Positions 9,198 through 17,376 of a stretch of DNA of 64,000 nucleotides are shown in pieces. A model generated the notes under the pieces. It was not told where the DNA came from. It was given only the letters and a program-made list of their open reading frames with translations, and did not search any database. The DNA is from an uncultured Thermotogae bacterium. GTDB taxonomy: Bacteria; Bipolaricaulota; Bipolaricaulia; RBG-16-55-9; JAJCYT01. Location of the stretch: positions 3,497 through 67,496 of the forward strand of contig CAZNGF010000004.1 in NCBI GenBank assembly GCA_964572855.1. Reading direction: 5' to 3'. Within the stretch, counting starts at the first letter, position 1. Each line of letters begins with the position of its first letter. A program made the position numbers and the translations under genes.

Positions 9198-9256
9198 CAT
9201 ATCTTTAACTCTAAAAGAAAGTAAATGAGCGAACTTTTAGCTCGGGTTGGTTTGTC

Positions 9257-9285
9257 TTGAACGGGTGTGGATATTGTGATATGAT
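9257..9285 (+). promoter_or_regulatory. sigma70 promoter of hpf (TTGAAC-17-TATGAT, extended TG), leaderless transcript predicted
   Basis: -10 ends ~9285; ATG at 9295 with no SD. Confidence 0.55.
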
Positions 9286-9294
9286 GCGGAAGCC

Positions 9295-9858
9295 ATGAAA
9301 ATTCGAGTATCCGAACGACATATCAAATTGCGACCCGCGGTGCGGCAGAGTTTGATCGAGAAGCTGGAGGGGCTCGAGCGCTACCTCGACCGCATCATCA
9401 GCATCGAGGCCGTGGTCGAGGGCGAGAAGGAGCACTTCGTCGTGCGGCTGGTGGCGCACATGGTGCGCAAGAAGATCGCCAAGGCCGAGTCGCAGTCGGA
9501 CGACGTGTTCCTGGCCATCAACGACGCGGTCGACAGCCTCAAGACCCAGCTCAGCAAGTTCAAGGAGCAGTTGAAGGACCATCGCGTCCCCTCCAACGCG
9601 GCGGTGCCGGGCAAGGAAGCGCCGCAGTCCCTGAGCCAGGTGGCGCCGGGGACGTCGGCGGACGGCTCGTCGGGGCGTCCGGCCATGACGCGGACCGAGG
9701 TCTACATCCGCAAGCCCATGACCGTGGACGAGGCCCTGATCCAGTTGGAGGATTACAACCGCGATCTGTACATGTTCGAGGATTCGGAAGGTGGGGGGCT
9801 GCGCATTCTCTTCCGTCACCCGGACGGCCAACTCGAGCTCATCGACCCTAAATTCTAG
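9295..9858 (+). CDS. hpf: ribosome hibernation promoting factor (long HPF/RaiA type)
   Basis: 187 aa; N-terminal S30AE domain (MKIRVSERHIKL...) and C-terminal dimerisation domain (VYIRKPMTVDEALIQLE). Confidence 0.9.
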   Translation: MKIRVSERHIKLRPAVRQSLIEKLEGLERYLDRIISIEAVVEGEKEHFVVRLVAHMVRKKIAKAESQSDDVFLAINDAVDSLKTQLSKFKEQLKDHRVPSNAAVPGKEAPQSLSQVAPGTSADGSSGRPAMTRTEVYIRKPMTVDEALIQLEDYNRDLYMFEDSEGGGLRILFRHPDGQLELIDPKF

Positions 9859-9875
9859 CTCCCGGAGGCGCGGCC

Positions 9876-10901
9876 ATGGTCAGGGCAGTCTCCTTGTTCT
9901 CCGGCAGTTTGGCCAGCGTGTTGGCGACGCGGCTGGTGATGGACGCGCCCGGCGTGGACGAGGTGCGCCTGCTCCACTTCCGCTCCCCCTTCTTCCGCCA
10001 CTTCAACGAGAGCAAGTCCCTGGCCCGCCAGCTCTGGCTCCCGCCCGTCCACAGCCAGAGCATCAAGAACGACTCGCGCGAGCTCACCAACATGAACGGC
10101 GCCTACAGCCTGAAGAACTGCTGCATGGGCTGCCGGGGCCTGATGTTGCGGCGCGGCCTGCGTTACATGCGCCGGGTCGGGGCCGATTTTCTCGTGACCG
10201 GTGAGGTGCTGGGGACGCGCGGCCTCGGACGGGCCGAGCTTGCGGCGCTTGATGCGCCGCTCAAGGACGCCGACCGGGTGTTGCGTTCGCTGTCCGCGGG
10301 CCTGCTGGCCCCCACCCTGCCGCAGCGCGAGGGCTGGGTGCCTCCCGAGCAGGTGCGCGCCTTCACGGCCGACACGCCCGAAGAAACCCTGCTGGCGCTG
10401 GCCCGCGAGCTGGACGTCGACAGGGCTGAGACCTATCCAGCCGGGCAGCGCTGCCGGCTCACGGGCGCGCGCTTCGGCAATCGGCTCGAGGACCTGATGC
10501 GCGAGCAGACGTTTTCGATGAACTCGCTGGAGCTGCTGGAGTTCCAGCACTACTACAAGCGGCCCCCCGACGTCAAGATCGTGCTCAGCTGCGAGGAGGA
10601 GGAGAAGCGCCGGCTGCAGAACTTCTTCCTGCCCAGCGACATCCGCCTCTACGTCCCGCTCTCCGACGCGCCGCTCGCGCTCATCCGCGCCCACTGGGAC
10701 GACAAGAACGACCGCGAGATCACCGAGATCGTCGAGCTGGCCGCCCGCATCGCCGGGATGCACGCCCACGGCAACGGGCGCCGCTCGCGCCAGGTGCAGG
10801 CGCATTACCGCTTCGAGCGCGAGGAGGAGACCCGCCGCATCCAGGTGACCCCGTTCGACTCGGAACAGGAGTTGGAGCCGCATTGCCTGCGTCTGGACTG
10901 A
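9876..10901 (+). CDS. PP-loop superfamily protein, ThiI/MnmA-like, with degenerate SGGxDS motif (SGSLAS)
   Basis: N-terminal VSLFSGSLASVLATRLV, cysteine motif CCMGCR and GADFLVTGEVLG block resembling ThiI/MnmA; GGAGG SD. Confidence 0.45.
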   Translation: MVRAVSLFSGSLASVLATRLVMDAPGVDEVRLLHFRSPFFRHFNESKSLARQLWLPPVHSQSIKNDSRELTNMNGAYSLKNCCMGCRGLMLRRGLRYMRRVGADFLVTGEVLGTRGLGRAELAALDAPLKDADRVLRSLSAGLLAPTLPQREGWVPPEQVRAFTADTPEETLLALARELDVDRAETYPAGQRCRLTGARFGNRLEDLMREQTFSMNSLELLEFQHYYKRPPDVKIVLSCEEEEKRRLQNFFLPSDIRLYVPLSDAPLALIRAHWDDKNDREITEIVELAARIAGMHAHGNGRRSRQVQAHYRFEREEETRRIQVTPFDSEQELEPHCLRLD

Positions 10902-10914
10902 GCACGGGGGCGCC

Positions 10915-12897
10915 GTGACGCGCGCCGTTCACCCGCTCTTGGCCGGCCTCAACCCCGTGCAGCGCGAGGCCGTGGAGCACGTTGAGGGCCCGCTGCTCAT
11001 CTTCGCGGGCGCGGGCAGCGGCAAGACCCGCGTCATCACGCACCGCATCGCCTACCTGATGGGCCATCACGGCGTGCCCGCGCGCGAGATCCTGGGGGTG
11101 ACCTTCACCAACAAGGCCGCCGGCGAGATGCTCGAGCGCATCGGCGCGCTCGTCGGCCCGGGCGAGACGCCCTGGATCCGGACCTTCCACGCCACCTGCG
11201 CGCGCTGGCTGCGCGACGACATCGACAAGCTCTCGCCGCACTACGACGGGCGCTTCACGATCCTGGACGCGGCCGAGTCGCGCGCGCTGCTGACCGGGGT
11301 GCTCAAGGAGCTCGACGTCCCCAGCGACGAGTTCAAGCCCGCCGTGCTGGCCTCCCTCATCGACCGGGCCAAGGACCACCTGGTCGGGCCTGAAACGTTC
11401 TCCGCGGCCTACGCCGACGCGCTCGATTCCTACGTGCTCGAGGTCGTCTCAAGCGCCTACAAGCGTTACCAGCGCAAGCTCGAGCGGGGCAACTGCCTGG
11501 ACTTCGCCGACCTGATCCGCCTGACCGTGGGGCTGTTCGAGGCGTTTCCGGAGGTGCTCGACCGCTACCGGCGGCGCTACCGCTTCATGCTGGTGGACGA
11601 GTACCAGGACACCAACGTGGCCCAGTACGTCTTCACGCGCCTGCTGGCCGGCGAACACCAGAACCTGTGCGCCGTGGGCGACGACGACCAGGCCATCTTC
11701 ACCTGGCGCGGGGCCGACCCCGGCAACCTGTTCAGCCTGGAGCGGGACTTCCCCGGCATCAAGGTGGTCACGCTCGGGAAGAACTACCGCTGCGGCGGGC
11801 ACATCCTGCACGCGGCCAGCGGCGTGATCCTGCACAACAGCCGGCGCAAGGACAAGCAGCTCGAGGCCGCGCGCGACCGGGGCGAGCCCGTGCGCTGGTA
11901 CGCGGCCGGCACGCAGGAGGACGAGGCCAACTTCGTCTGCAGCACGATCGACCGGCTGCACCACGAGCGCGGCGTCCCGCTCAAGGGCGTGGCCGTGCTC
12001 TACCGCGTCAACACGCTCTCGCGCGCGCTGGAGGACGCGCTCATCCGCTGGCGCCTCCCCTACGAGGTCGTGCGCGGCCTGCGCTTCTACGAGCGGCTCG
12101 AGGTCAAGGACCTGATGGCCTACCTCAAGCTCGCCGTCAACCCGCACGACGAGGCCAGCCTGCTACGCGTGATCAACCGCCCGCGGCGCGGGATCGGGGC
12201 CAAGACGCTGGCCGCCGTCCAGGCCGCCTCGCGCGCCGCGGGCGGTTCGCTCTGGGATGCGCTCTACCGGGTTACGGCCGACCCCGGCGGCGCGGGCCTG
12301 GGCGCGGGGGCCGCCAAGAAACTGCAGGGCTTTCTGGACCTGATGGAGGGCCTGCGGGCGCGGGCGGGGCACGAGCCCCCCAGCGCCGTGGCGCGCGCGA
12401 CGTTGCGCGAGACCGACTACGTCGGCGAGCTCGAGCGCAGCGACCCGGCGGCCGAGGAGCGCGCCGGCAACCTGCAGGAGCTGATCGGCCAACTGGAGTC
12501 CTACGAGGCCGCGGGCGGGTCGGACTTGTTGGGTTTCCTGGAGGAGACCGCGCTGGTTTCGGACGCCGACCACTACGACGGCGAGCAGGACCGCGTTGCG
12601 CTGCTCACGCTGCACGCGGCCAAGGGTCTGGAGTTCGACGTCGTGTTCATCGTCGGCGTGGAGGAGAACCTGTTGCCCCACAGCCGCGCGGTGCGTGAGG
12701 GCTCGCTGGAGGAGGAGCGCCGGCTCTGCTACGTCGGGATGACGCGCGCCAAGGAGCGCTTGTACCTCACCTGGGCCACCCAGCGCCTGCTCTACGGCTC
12801 GAGCCAGTTCAACCCGCCCTCGCGCTTCCTCTGGGAGATCCCCGGCGAAGACCTGGACGCCCAGCTGCCCGCCCCGCCCCGCACGCCGGCCTGGTAA
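10915..12897 (+). CDS. uvrD: ATP-dependent DNA helicase, UvrD/PcrA family
   Basis: 660 aa; motifs Q (NPVQREAV), I (AGAGSGKTRV), Ia (TFTNKAAGEM), II (DEYQDTN), VI; GTG start 14 nt after upstream stop. Confidence 0.9.
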   Translation: MTRAVHPLLAGLNPVQREAVEHVEGPLLIFAGAGSGKTRVITHRIAYLMGHHGVPAREILGVTFTNKAAGEMLERIGALVGPGETPWIRTFHATCARWLRDDIDKLSPHYDGRFTILDAAESRALLTGVLKELDVPSDEFKPAVLASLIDRAKDHLVGPETFSAAYADALDSYVLEVVSSAYKRYQRKLERGNCLDFADLIRLTVGLFEAFPEVLDRYRRRYRFMLVDEYQDTNVAQYVFTRLLAGEHQNLCAVGDDDQAIFTWRGADPGNLFSLERDFPGIKVVTLGKNYRCGGHILHAASGVILHNSRRKDKQLEAARDRGEPVRWYAAGTQEDEANFVCSTIDRLHHERGVPLKGVAVLYRVNTLSRALEDALIRWRLPYEVVRGLRFYERLEVKDLMAYLKLAVNPHDEASLLRVINRPRRGIGAKTLAAVQAASRAAGGSLWDALYRVTADPGGAGLGAGAAKKLQGFLDLMEGLRARAGHEPPSAVARATLRETDYVGELERSDPAAEERAGNLQELIGQLESYEAAGGSDLLGFLEETALVSDADHYDGEQDRVALLTLHAAKGLEFDVVFIVGVEENLLPHSRAVREGSLEEERRLCYVGMTRAKERLYLTWATQRLLYGSSQFNPPSRFLWEIPGEDLDAQLPAPPRTPAW

Positions 12898-12996
12898 GCG
12901 GCGCGCGGCCCTACCGGTCCGGGGAAAACCACGAAGGCAAACCTCAAAAGCGCCCATCGCCCGCCAGTCGGACCGCTTTCGTTCCGGCGCCCGCCC

Positions 12997-13044
12997 TTGA
13001 CGCGGGGGCCGAAACGGTCTATGCTAGGAGTGAAAATTTCTTCA
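12997..13044 (+). promoter_or_regulatory. sigma70 promoter (TTGACG-17-TATGCT) with ArsR/SmtB-type operator TGAAAATTTCTTCA just downstream
   Basis: hexamers at ~12997 and ~13020; imperfect 12-2-12-like inverted repeat at ~13031-13044. Confidence 0.5.
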
Positions 13045-13072
13045 ATCAAAATGGCTTGTGAACGGGGGTTTG

Positions 13073-13432
13073 ATGCGTTCCAACGGTCAATCCGAACTCC
13101 GCTGCCTGGGACCGGCCATCACGCCCCGCCGCGTCGTCGAGCTTCAGGGGGCCCTGAGCGGCAACCGGGGCTTGCGCGACCTGCGCGAGGCGCTACACGC
13201 GCTCAGCGGTGCCATGCGGCTCAAGGTCGTCTACCTGCTGCACCGCGAGCCCGAGCTGTGCGTGTGCGATCTGGCCGACATTCTGGGGGAGTCGACCTCG
13301 GCCGTCTCGCACCAGCTGCGCGTGCTGCGCGAGCAGGATCTGGTCCGGACACGGCGCGACGGAAAGACGGTCTACTACGCGCTCAACGAGCCCAACGTGC
13401 GCCGCTATCTCGACCTGGAGCGCGTGCGCTGA
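13073..13432 (+). CDS. ArsR/SmtB family metalloregulator with ELCVCDL (ArsR-type CVC) sensing motif
   Basis: winged HTH (SAVSHQLRVLREQDLV), CVC motif in helix 3; ATG at 13073 with GGGGG SD (listed ORF from GTG 13058). Confidence 0.8.
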   Translation: MRSNGQSELRCLGPAITPRRVVELQGALSGNRGLRDLREALHALSGAMRLKVVYLLHREPELCVCDLADILGESTSAVSHQLRVLREQDLVRTRRDGKTVYYALNEPNVRRYLDLERVR

Positions 13433-13537
13433 GGCGGAGCGGGGACGTCCTTTCGTAAGGCGGCTGACGGAGCGGGCCGCGCTTGCGTTGGGCGGGGTCC
13501 GTGTGGCCGGCCACAAAGGGCCGGGCCGAAGCCCGAG

Positions 13538-15031
13538 TTGAGCGCCAGCCGTGCAATCCGACATGGGGGGCTGATCGACATCGTCGAGCGCGTCAAGGGC
13601 ATCCTGCACAACCCCTGGCTCGTCCTGTTTTCGGTGGGCCTGGGGTTGTTCATGGTCGTGATCGACATCACGATCCTCAACATCGCCATGCCGGCCATCG
13701 CCGGCGAGCTGGACGCCTCGCTGCCGCAGGTGCAGTGGATCCTGATCGCATACACCTTGGCGCTCACGGGCTTGGTCCCCTTCTTCGGGCGCGTCAGCGA
13801 CGTGCTGGGGCGCAAGCGATTGTTCGTGATCGGCGTGAGCGCCTTCGCCGCCGCCAGCCTGCTGGCCGCCTCTTCGCGCACCATCGGCTGGCTCATCGCC
13901 GCGCGCGTGCTGCAGGCCGGGGGCGGCGCGCTCATCACCAGCAACGTGCTGGCCATCATCACGGACACGTTCCCCAAGGGAAAGCGCGGCACGGCCATGG
14001 GCGTGCAGGCGATCCTCATCAGCGGCGGCGCGGCCGTGGGTCCGACGCTGGGCGGCCTGCTGGTCACGCGCTTCGGCTGGGAGGCCGTCTTCCTCATCAA
14101 CGTGCCCATCGCGCTGGTCGCGGCGCTGCTGGCCACGGTCACGCTGCCCCCGCTGCGGAGCCACCGCACGCTCGAGCCGCTCGACTGGCTCGGGGCGGGG
14201 CTGCTGTTCGCCGGCTCGAGCGCGCTGCTGCTCGGGGTGACCAAGGCGCCGGACTGGGGCTGGGGCTCGCCCGCCGTGTGGAGCCTGATTCCCGCGGGCA
14301 TTGGCCTGCTCGGCCTGTTCGTGTGGCGCGAGCGGCGCGCGCCCTACCCGCTGATCGACCTCTCGCTCTTCCGCATCCGCGCGTTCACGGCCGGACAGAC
14401 TGCGGGTGCGTTCGCCACGATCGCCATGGCCACGGTCATGCTGCTCATGCCGTTCTACTGGCAGGGCGTGCGCGGCTTTTCGGCCCAGACGACGGGCCTG
14501 TTCATGCTCCCGCTCCCGCTGGCCTTCATGGTCGTGGCGCCGCTGTCGGGGCGCTTGTCCGACCGGGTGGGCGCGCGCGGGATCGCCTCGAGCGGGCTGG
14601 GACTGGTCATGCTCGCGCTGTTGGCGTTTTCCGGGATCACGGCCACTTCCCCGGTGCCCGACGTGCTCTGGCGGCTCCTGTTGCTGGGCGTGGGGATGGG
14701 CATGTTTATCGCGCCCAACAACAACGCGGTCATGTCCGCCGCGCCCGACGACAAGCGGGGCGTGGCCTCGGGGCTGCTGGGGATGTTTCGTTACACGGGC
14801 CAGAGCCTGGGCGTGGCCTTCGGCGGCACGGTGTTCGCGCTGTTCGCCTCGGGCGGTGGCGCGGGCGCGATCCCGTTGCCCGTGCCCGAACGCCTGGCCG
14901 CCTCAGTCAGCGACGCCGAACCCGCCGCGACCGCGGCCTTCATCCACGGCCTGCACGCCGCCGCGCTCGGCGCCATCCCGCTGGCCGCCGTGGGCGTGGC
15001 GCTCTCGCTGCTGCGGGGCAAGGGACGCTAG
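13538..15031 (+). CDS. MFS transporter, DHA2 (EmrB/QacA-like, 14 TMS) efflux family
   Basis: 497 aa; about 14 hydrophobic segments; DHA2 N-terminal motifs (MPAIAGEL, GRVSDVLGRKR). Confidence 0.85.
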   Translation: MSASRAIRHGGLIDIVERVKGILHNPWLVLFSVGLGLFMVVIDITILNIAMPAIAGELDASLPQVQWILIAYTLALTGLVPFFGRVSDVLGRKRLFVIGVSAFAAASLLAASSRTIGWLIAARVLQAGGGALITSNVLAIITDTFPKGKRGTAMGVQAILISGGAAVGPTLGGLLVTRFGWEAVFLINVPIALVAALLATVTLPPLRSHRTLEPLDWLGAGLLFAGSSALLLGVTKAPDWGWGSPAVWSLIPAGIGLLGLFVWRERRAPYPLIDLSLFRIRAFTAGQTAGAFATIAMATVMLLMPFYWQGVRGFSAQTTGLFMLPLPLAFMVVAPLSGRLSDRVGARGIASSGLGLVMLALLAFSGITATSPVPDVLWRLLLLGVGMGMFIAPNNNAVMSAAPDDKRGVASGLLGMFRYTGQSLGVAFGGTVFALFASGGGAGAIPLPVPERLAASVSDAEPAATAAFIHGLHAAALGAIPLAAVGVALSLLRGKGR

Positions 15032-15084
15032 CGCCCCGCCGACGCGCCAGCGGGCGTCAAAGTTCATGTGAAGGCTTTTTCAGT

Positions 15085-15362
15085 TCACGGCTGCTGCGCG
15101 ACCGCCTCGTCCAGCAAGCGGCCGATCAGGTCGAAGGCCGCGTCCAGGTCGATCTGCTGTTCGCGCGTTCCCTCCGGCCCGGAGGCGCGGAAGCGCACGA
15201 TGCCTTCCCCGTCCAAGATCACCAGCGTCGGATACAGCGTGTCGAGCTCCCAGGTGGACGCCCACGGCCGGGCCGTCCTCGGCGATCCCGAGCCGGCCCA
15301 GCGTCGGAGAGCAGGGCCAGCACGACCAGAAGCGAGAGCGCGGACAGCTGTCGGGTGCGCAC
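15085..15362 (-). pseudogene. remnant of thioredoxin-like (TlpA/ResA-type) lipoprotein gene: signal peptide in one frame, C-terminal block in another, CxxC region missing
   Basis: GTG + AAGGAGG gives MRTRQLSALSLLVVLALLS then stop after 47 aa; a different frame encodes YPTLVILDGEGIVRF...DLDAAFDLIGRLL typical of TlpA C-termini. Confidence 0.35.
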
Positions 15363-15501
15363 GACACCTCCTTGGTCGATCCAAAACGCTCGTGCATGCC
15401 ACGTACCGGCCGGTCAGCGCGAAGGGGGCGATCCCCAGTGAAGCCGGAAAGGGGCGTGTCAAGGATGACCGAGGGCAGAAACTTTCATGATCCCGGTCCG
15501 G

Positions 15502-16689
15502 TTATACCGGTAACGTCAGACTGCCGAGGTCGCGAGGGTAGTAGGTGAGCCGCTCGCAGCCGTCCTCGGTGATCAGCACGGTGTCGGAGTGCCGGAACCC
15601 GCCCAGCTCGGGCACGTAGAGGCCGGGCTCGACCGAGAAGAGCATGCCCGGTTCCATCAGCGTGTGGTCGCCGACATCGAGGAAGGGTCCCTCGTGGTAG
15701 CGCAGGCCCAGGCCGTGGCCGGTGTGATGGCGCCAGTGGGGCATGAGGTCGTTCTTCTCGAAGTAGCGCCGCACGGCCTGGTCGACCTCGGAGCACGGAT
15801 CGCCGGGCCGCATGGCGGCAAACGCGGCGTCCTGCAGGGCGAACATGTGGTCGAAGCAGCGTTTCTGCTCGTCGGAGGGTGGCCCCATGACCATGGTGCG
15901 CTCCAACTCGGAGATGTAGCCCCACACGGGCGCGGTGGCTCCCGTGACCAGCACGTCGCCCGGCTGAAAGGTGAGGTTGTTGGCCAGCGCGTGCGGCACG
16001 GCCGAGGTGCGGCCGATTTGCCCGCGGTAGAGCGCCAGCGCTCCGGAGAAAAATTTGCTCTGCGAGCGGAACACCGGGCCGATAGCATCCATCATGGCCA
16101 GCGTGGCCTCGCTGCTGGCCCGCGCGCTCACCTCGGACTCGCTGCGGCCCACCTCCGTGTAGCGCTGCAGCAGCGTGTGCGCCAGGTTGCCCCAGGTGAC
16201 GCTCTCGCGCACGAGCGCGATCTCGGGCGCGCTCTTCACGGCCATCTGCGCCTCCACCGCCGCCGTGACGCGGTGAAACGTGCCGCCCGTCAGCTCGGAG
16301 AGCCGCGGGCCGCGGTAGCCGAAGATCCAGGGGTAGCCATCCTCGTCGGCCCCGAACGCGCCCTGAATGTCCAGATCCTGCAGCGTGCGCTTGAACCGTT
16401 CCATCGGGTGCGGGTCGTCCGGGTACTCGGCGTAGGGGTCCACGCGGTCCACCAGCGCGAGGGATTGGGCGTGCTCCAGTTCCAGGCGCGGGACGAACAG
16501 CGCGCTCTGGCCGCGCGCGTTTAGGACGAAGGCGACGGGGCGCTCGGTGGGGAAGAAGGCGAAGCCCGTGTAGTAAAGAACGTATTGGCTGTCGAACAGG
16601 ACCGCGCCCGATAGCCCCTCGGCCTCGAGGTGCGCCCGCAGCCGCTCGACGCGCGCTCGGTACTCGGTTGGCGGGATGTGCAGGCTCAT
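15502..16689 (-). CDS. M24 family hydrolase (creatinase/Xaa-Pro peptidase fold; ectoine-hydrolase-like)
   Basis: 395 aa from MSLHIPPTEY with GGAG SD; creatinase_N-like N-terminus and M24 metal ligands (H...D...HHTGHGLGL...E...E). Confidence 0.8.
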   Translation of the reverse strand: MSLHIPPTEYRARVERLRAHLEAEGLSGAVLFDSQYVLYYTGFAFFPTERPVAFVLNARGQSALFVPRLELEHAQSLALVDRVDPYAEYPDDPHPMERFKRTLQDLDIQGAFGADEDGYPWIFGYRGPRLSELTGGTFHRVTAAVEAQMAVKSAPEIALVRESVTWGNLAHTLLQRYTEVGRSESEVSARASSEATLAMMDAIGPVFRSQSKFFSGALALYRGQIGRTSAVPHALANNLTFQPGDVLVTGATAPVWGYISELERTMVMGPPSDEQKRCFDHMFALQDAAFAAMRPGDPCSEVDQAVRRYFEKNDLMPHWRHHTGHGLGLRYHEGPFLDVGDHTLMEPGMLFSVEPGLYVPELGGFRHSDTVLITEDGCERLTYYPRDLGSLTLPV

Positions 16690-17366
16690 GAGCGGGCTCC
16701 GATCTCGGCGACCACGGTGTCGGTGTCGCGGCAGTTGCAAAACGCGTGGTCCAGGTTCGTGATGGCGGCCCGATGCAGCTCCGGCGTGACGGCCGCGCAG
16801 GCGTCGGGCACCATGATGACGTTGTAGCCCAGGTCGCTGGCGTCGCGCACGCTGCCCTCGACGCAGCCGTTGGTCACGACGCCGCAGACCAAGAGCGTGT
16901 CGACGCCCAGGTTGCGCAGCAGTTGGTTGATGTGGGTCGAATTGAACGGGCTTGACGAGGTCTTCGAGAGCACGATGTCGTCGTCCGTCGGCGCGATTTC
17001 CTCCAGGATCTCGGCGTCCTTGGCGTCGCGCGGCACGGCCAGGTTCACGTAGCGGTGCTGCCGGCCCGCGTCGCGCGCGTCGGGCGTTTGCGTTGCGATC
17101 CGGGTGTAAATGACGTTCATGCCCGCCTCGCGGGCCGCCTCGAGCAAGCGCTGCTGGTTGGGTATCGCCGTGGCAACCGCCTCCCAGTAGTACTCGAACA
17201 CCTCGGCTACGCCGGCCGCCTTGGCCTTGGCACCCATGGCGTGGTCGGGGTGGGCATCCAGATACTGCATGTCCACCACCAACAAGGCGGTTCGTGCGGG
17301 CGTGATTTCAAAGTACGGCAACTGCGGGAACACCAGCGTGAGTCGGTTTTCGGGGGTGTCGGGCAT
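16686..17366 (-). CDS. isochorismatase-family cysteine hydrolase
   Basis: 226 aa from MPDTPENR with AAGGAGG SD; conserved D...K...C triad context (LVVDMQ, VCGVVTNGCV); 4-nt overlap with downstream M24 gene. Confidence 0.8.
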   Translation of the reverse strand: MPDTPENRLTLVFPQLPYFEITPARTALLVVDMQYLDAHPDHAMGAKAKAAGVAEVFEYYWEAVATAIPNQQRLLEAAREAGMNVIYTRIATQTPDARDAGRQHRYVNLAVPRDAKDAEILEEIAPTDDDIVLSKTSSSPFNSTHINQLLRNLGVDTLLVCGVVTNGCVEGSVRDASDLGYNVIMVPDACAAVTPELHRAAITNLDHAFCNCRDTDTVVAEIGARS

Positions 17367-17376
17367 GGGAACCTCC

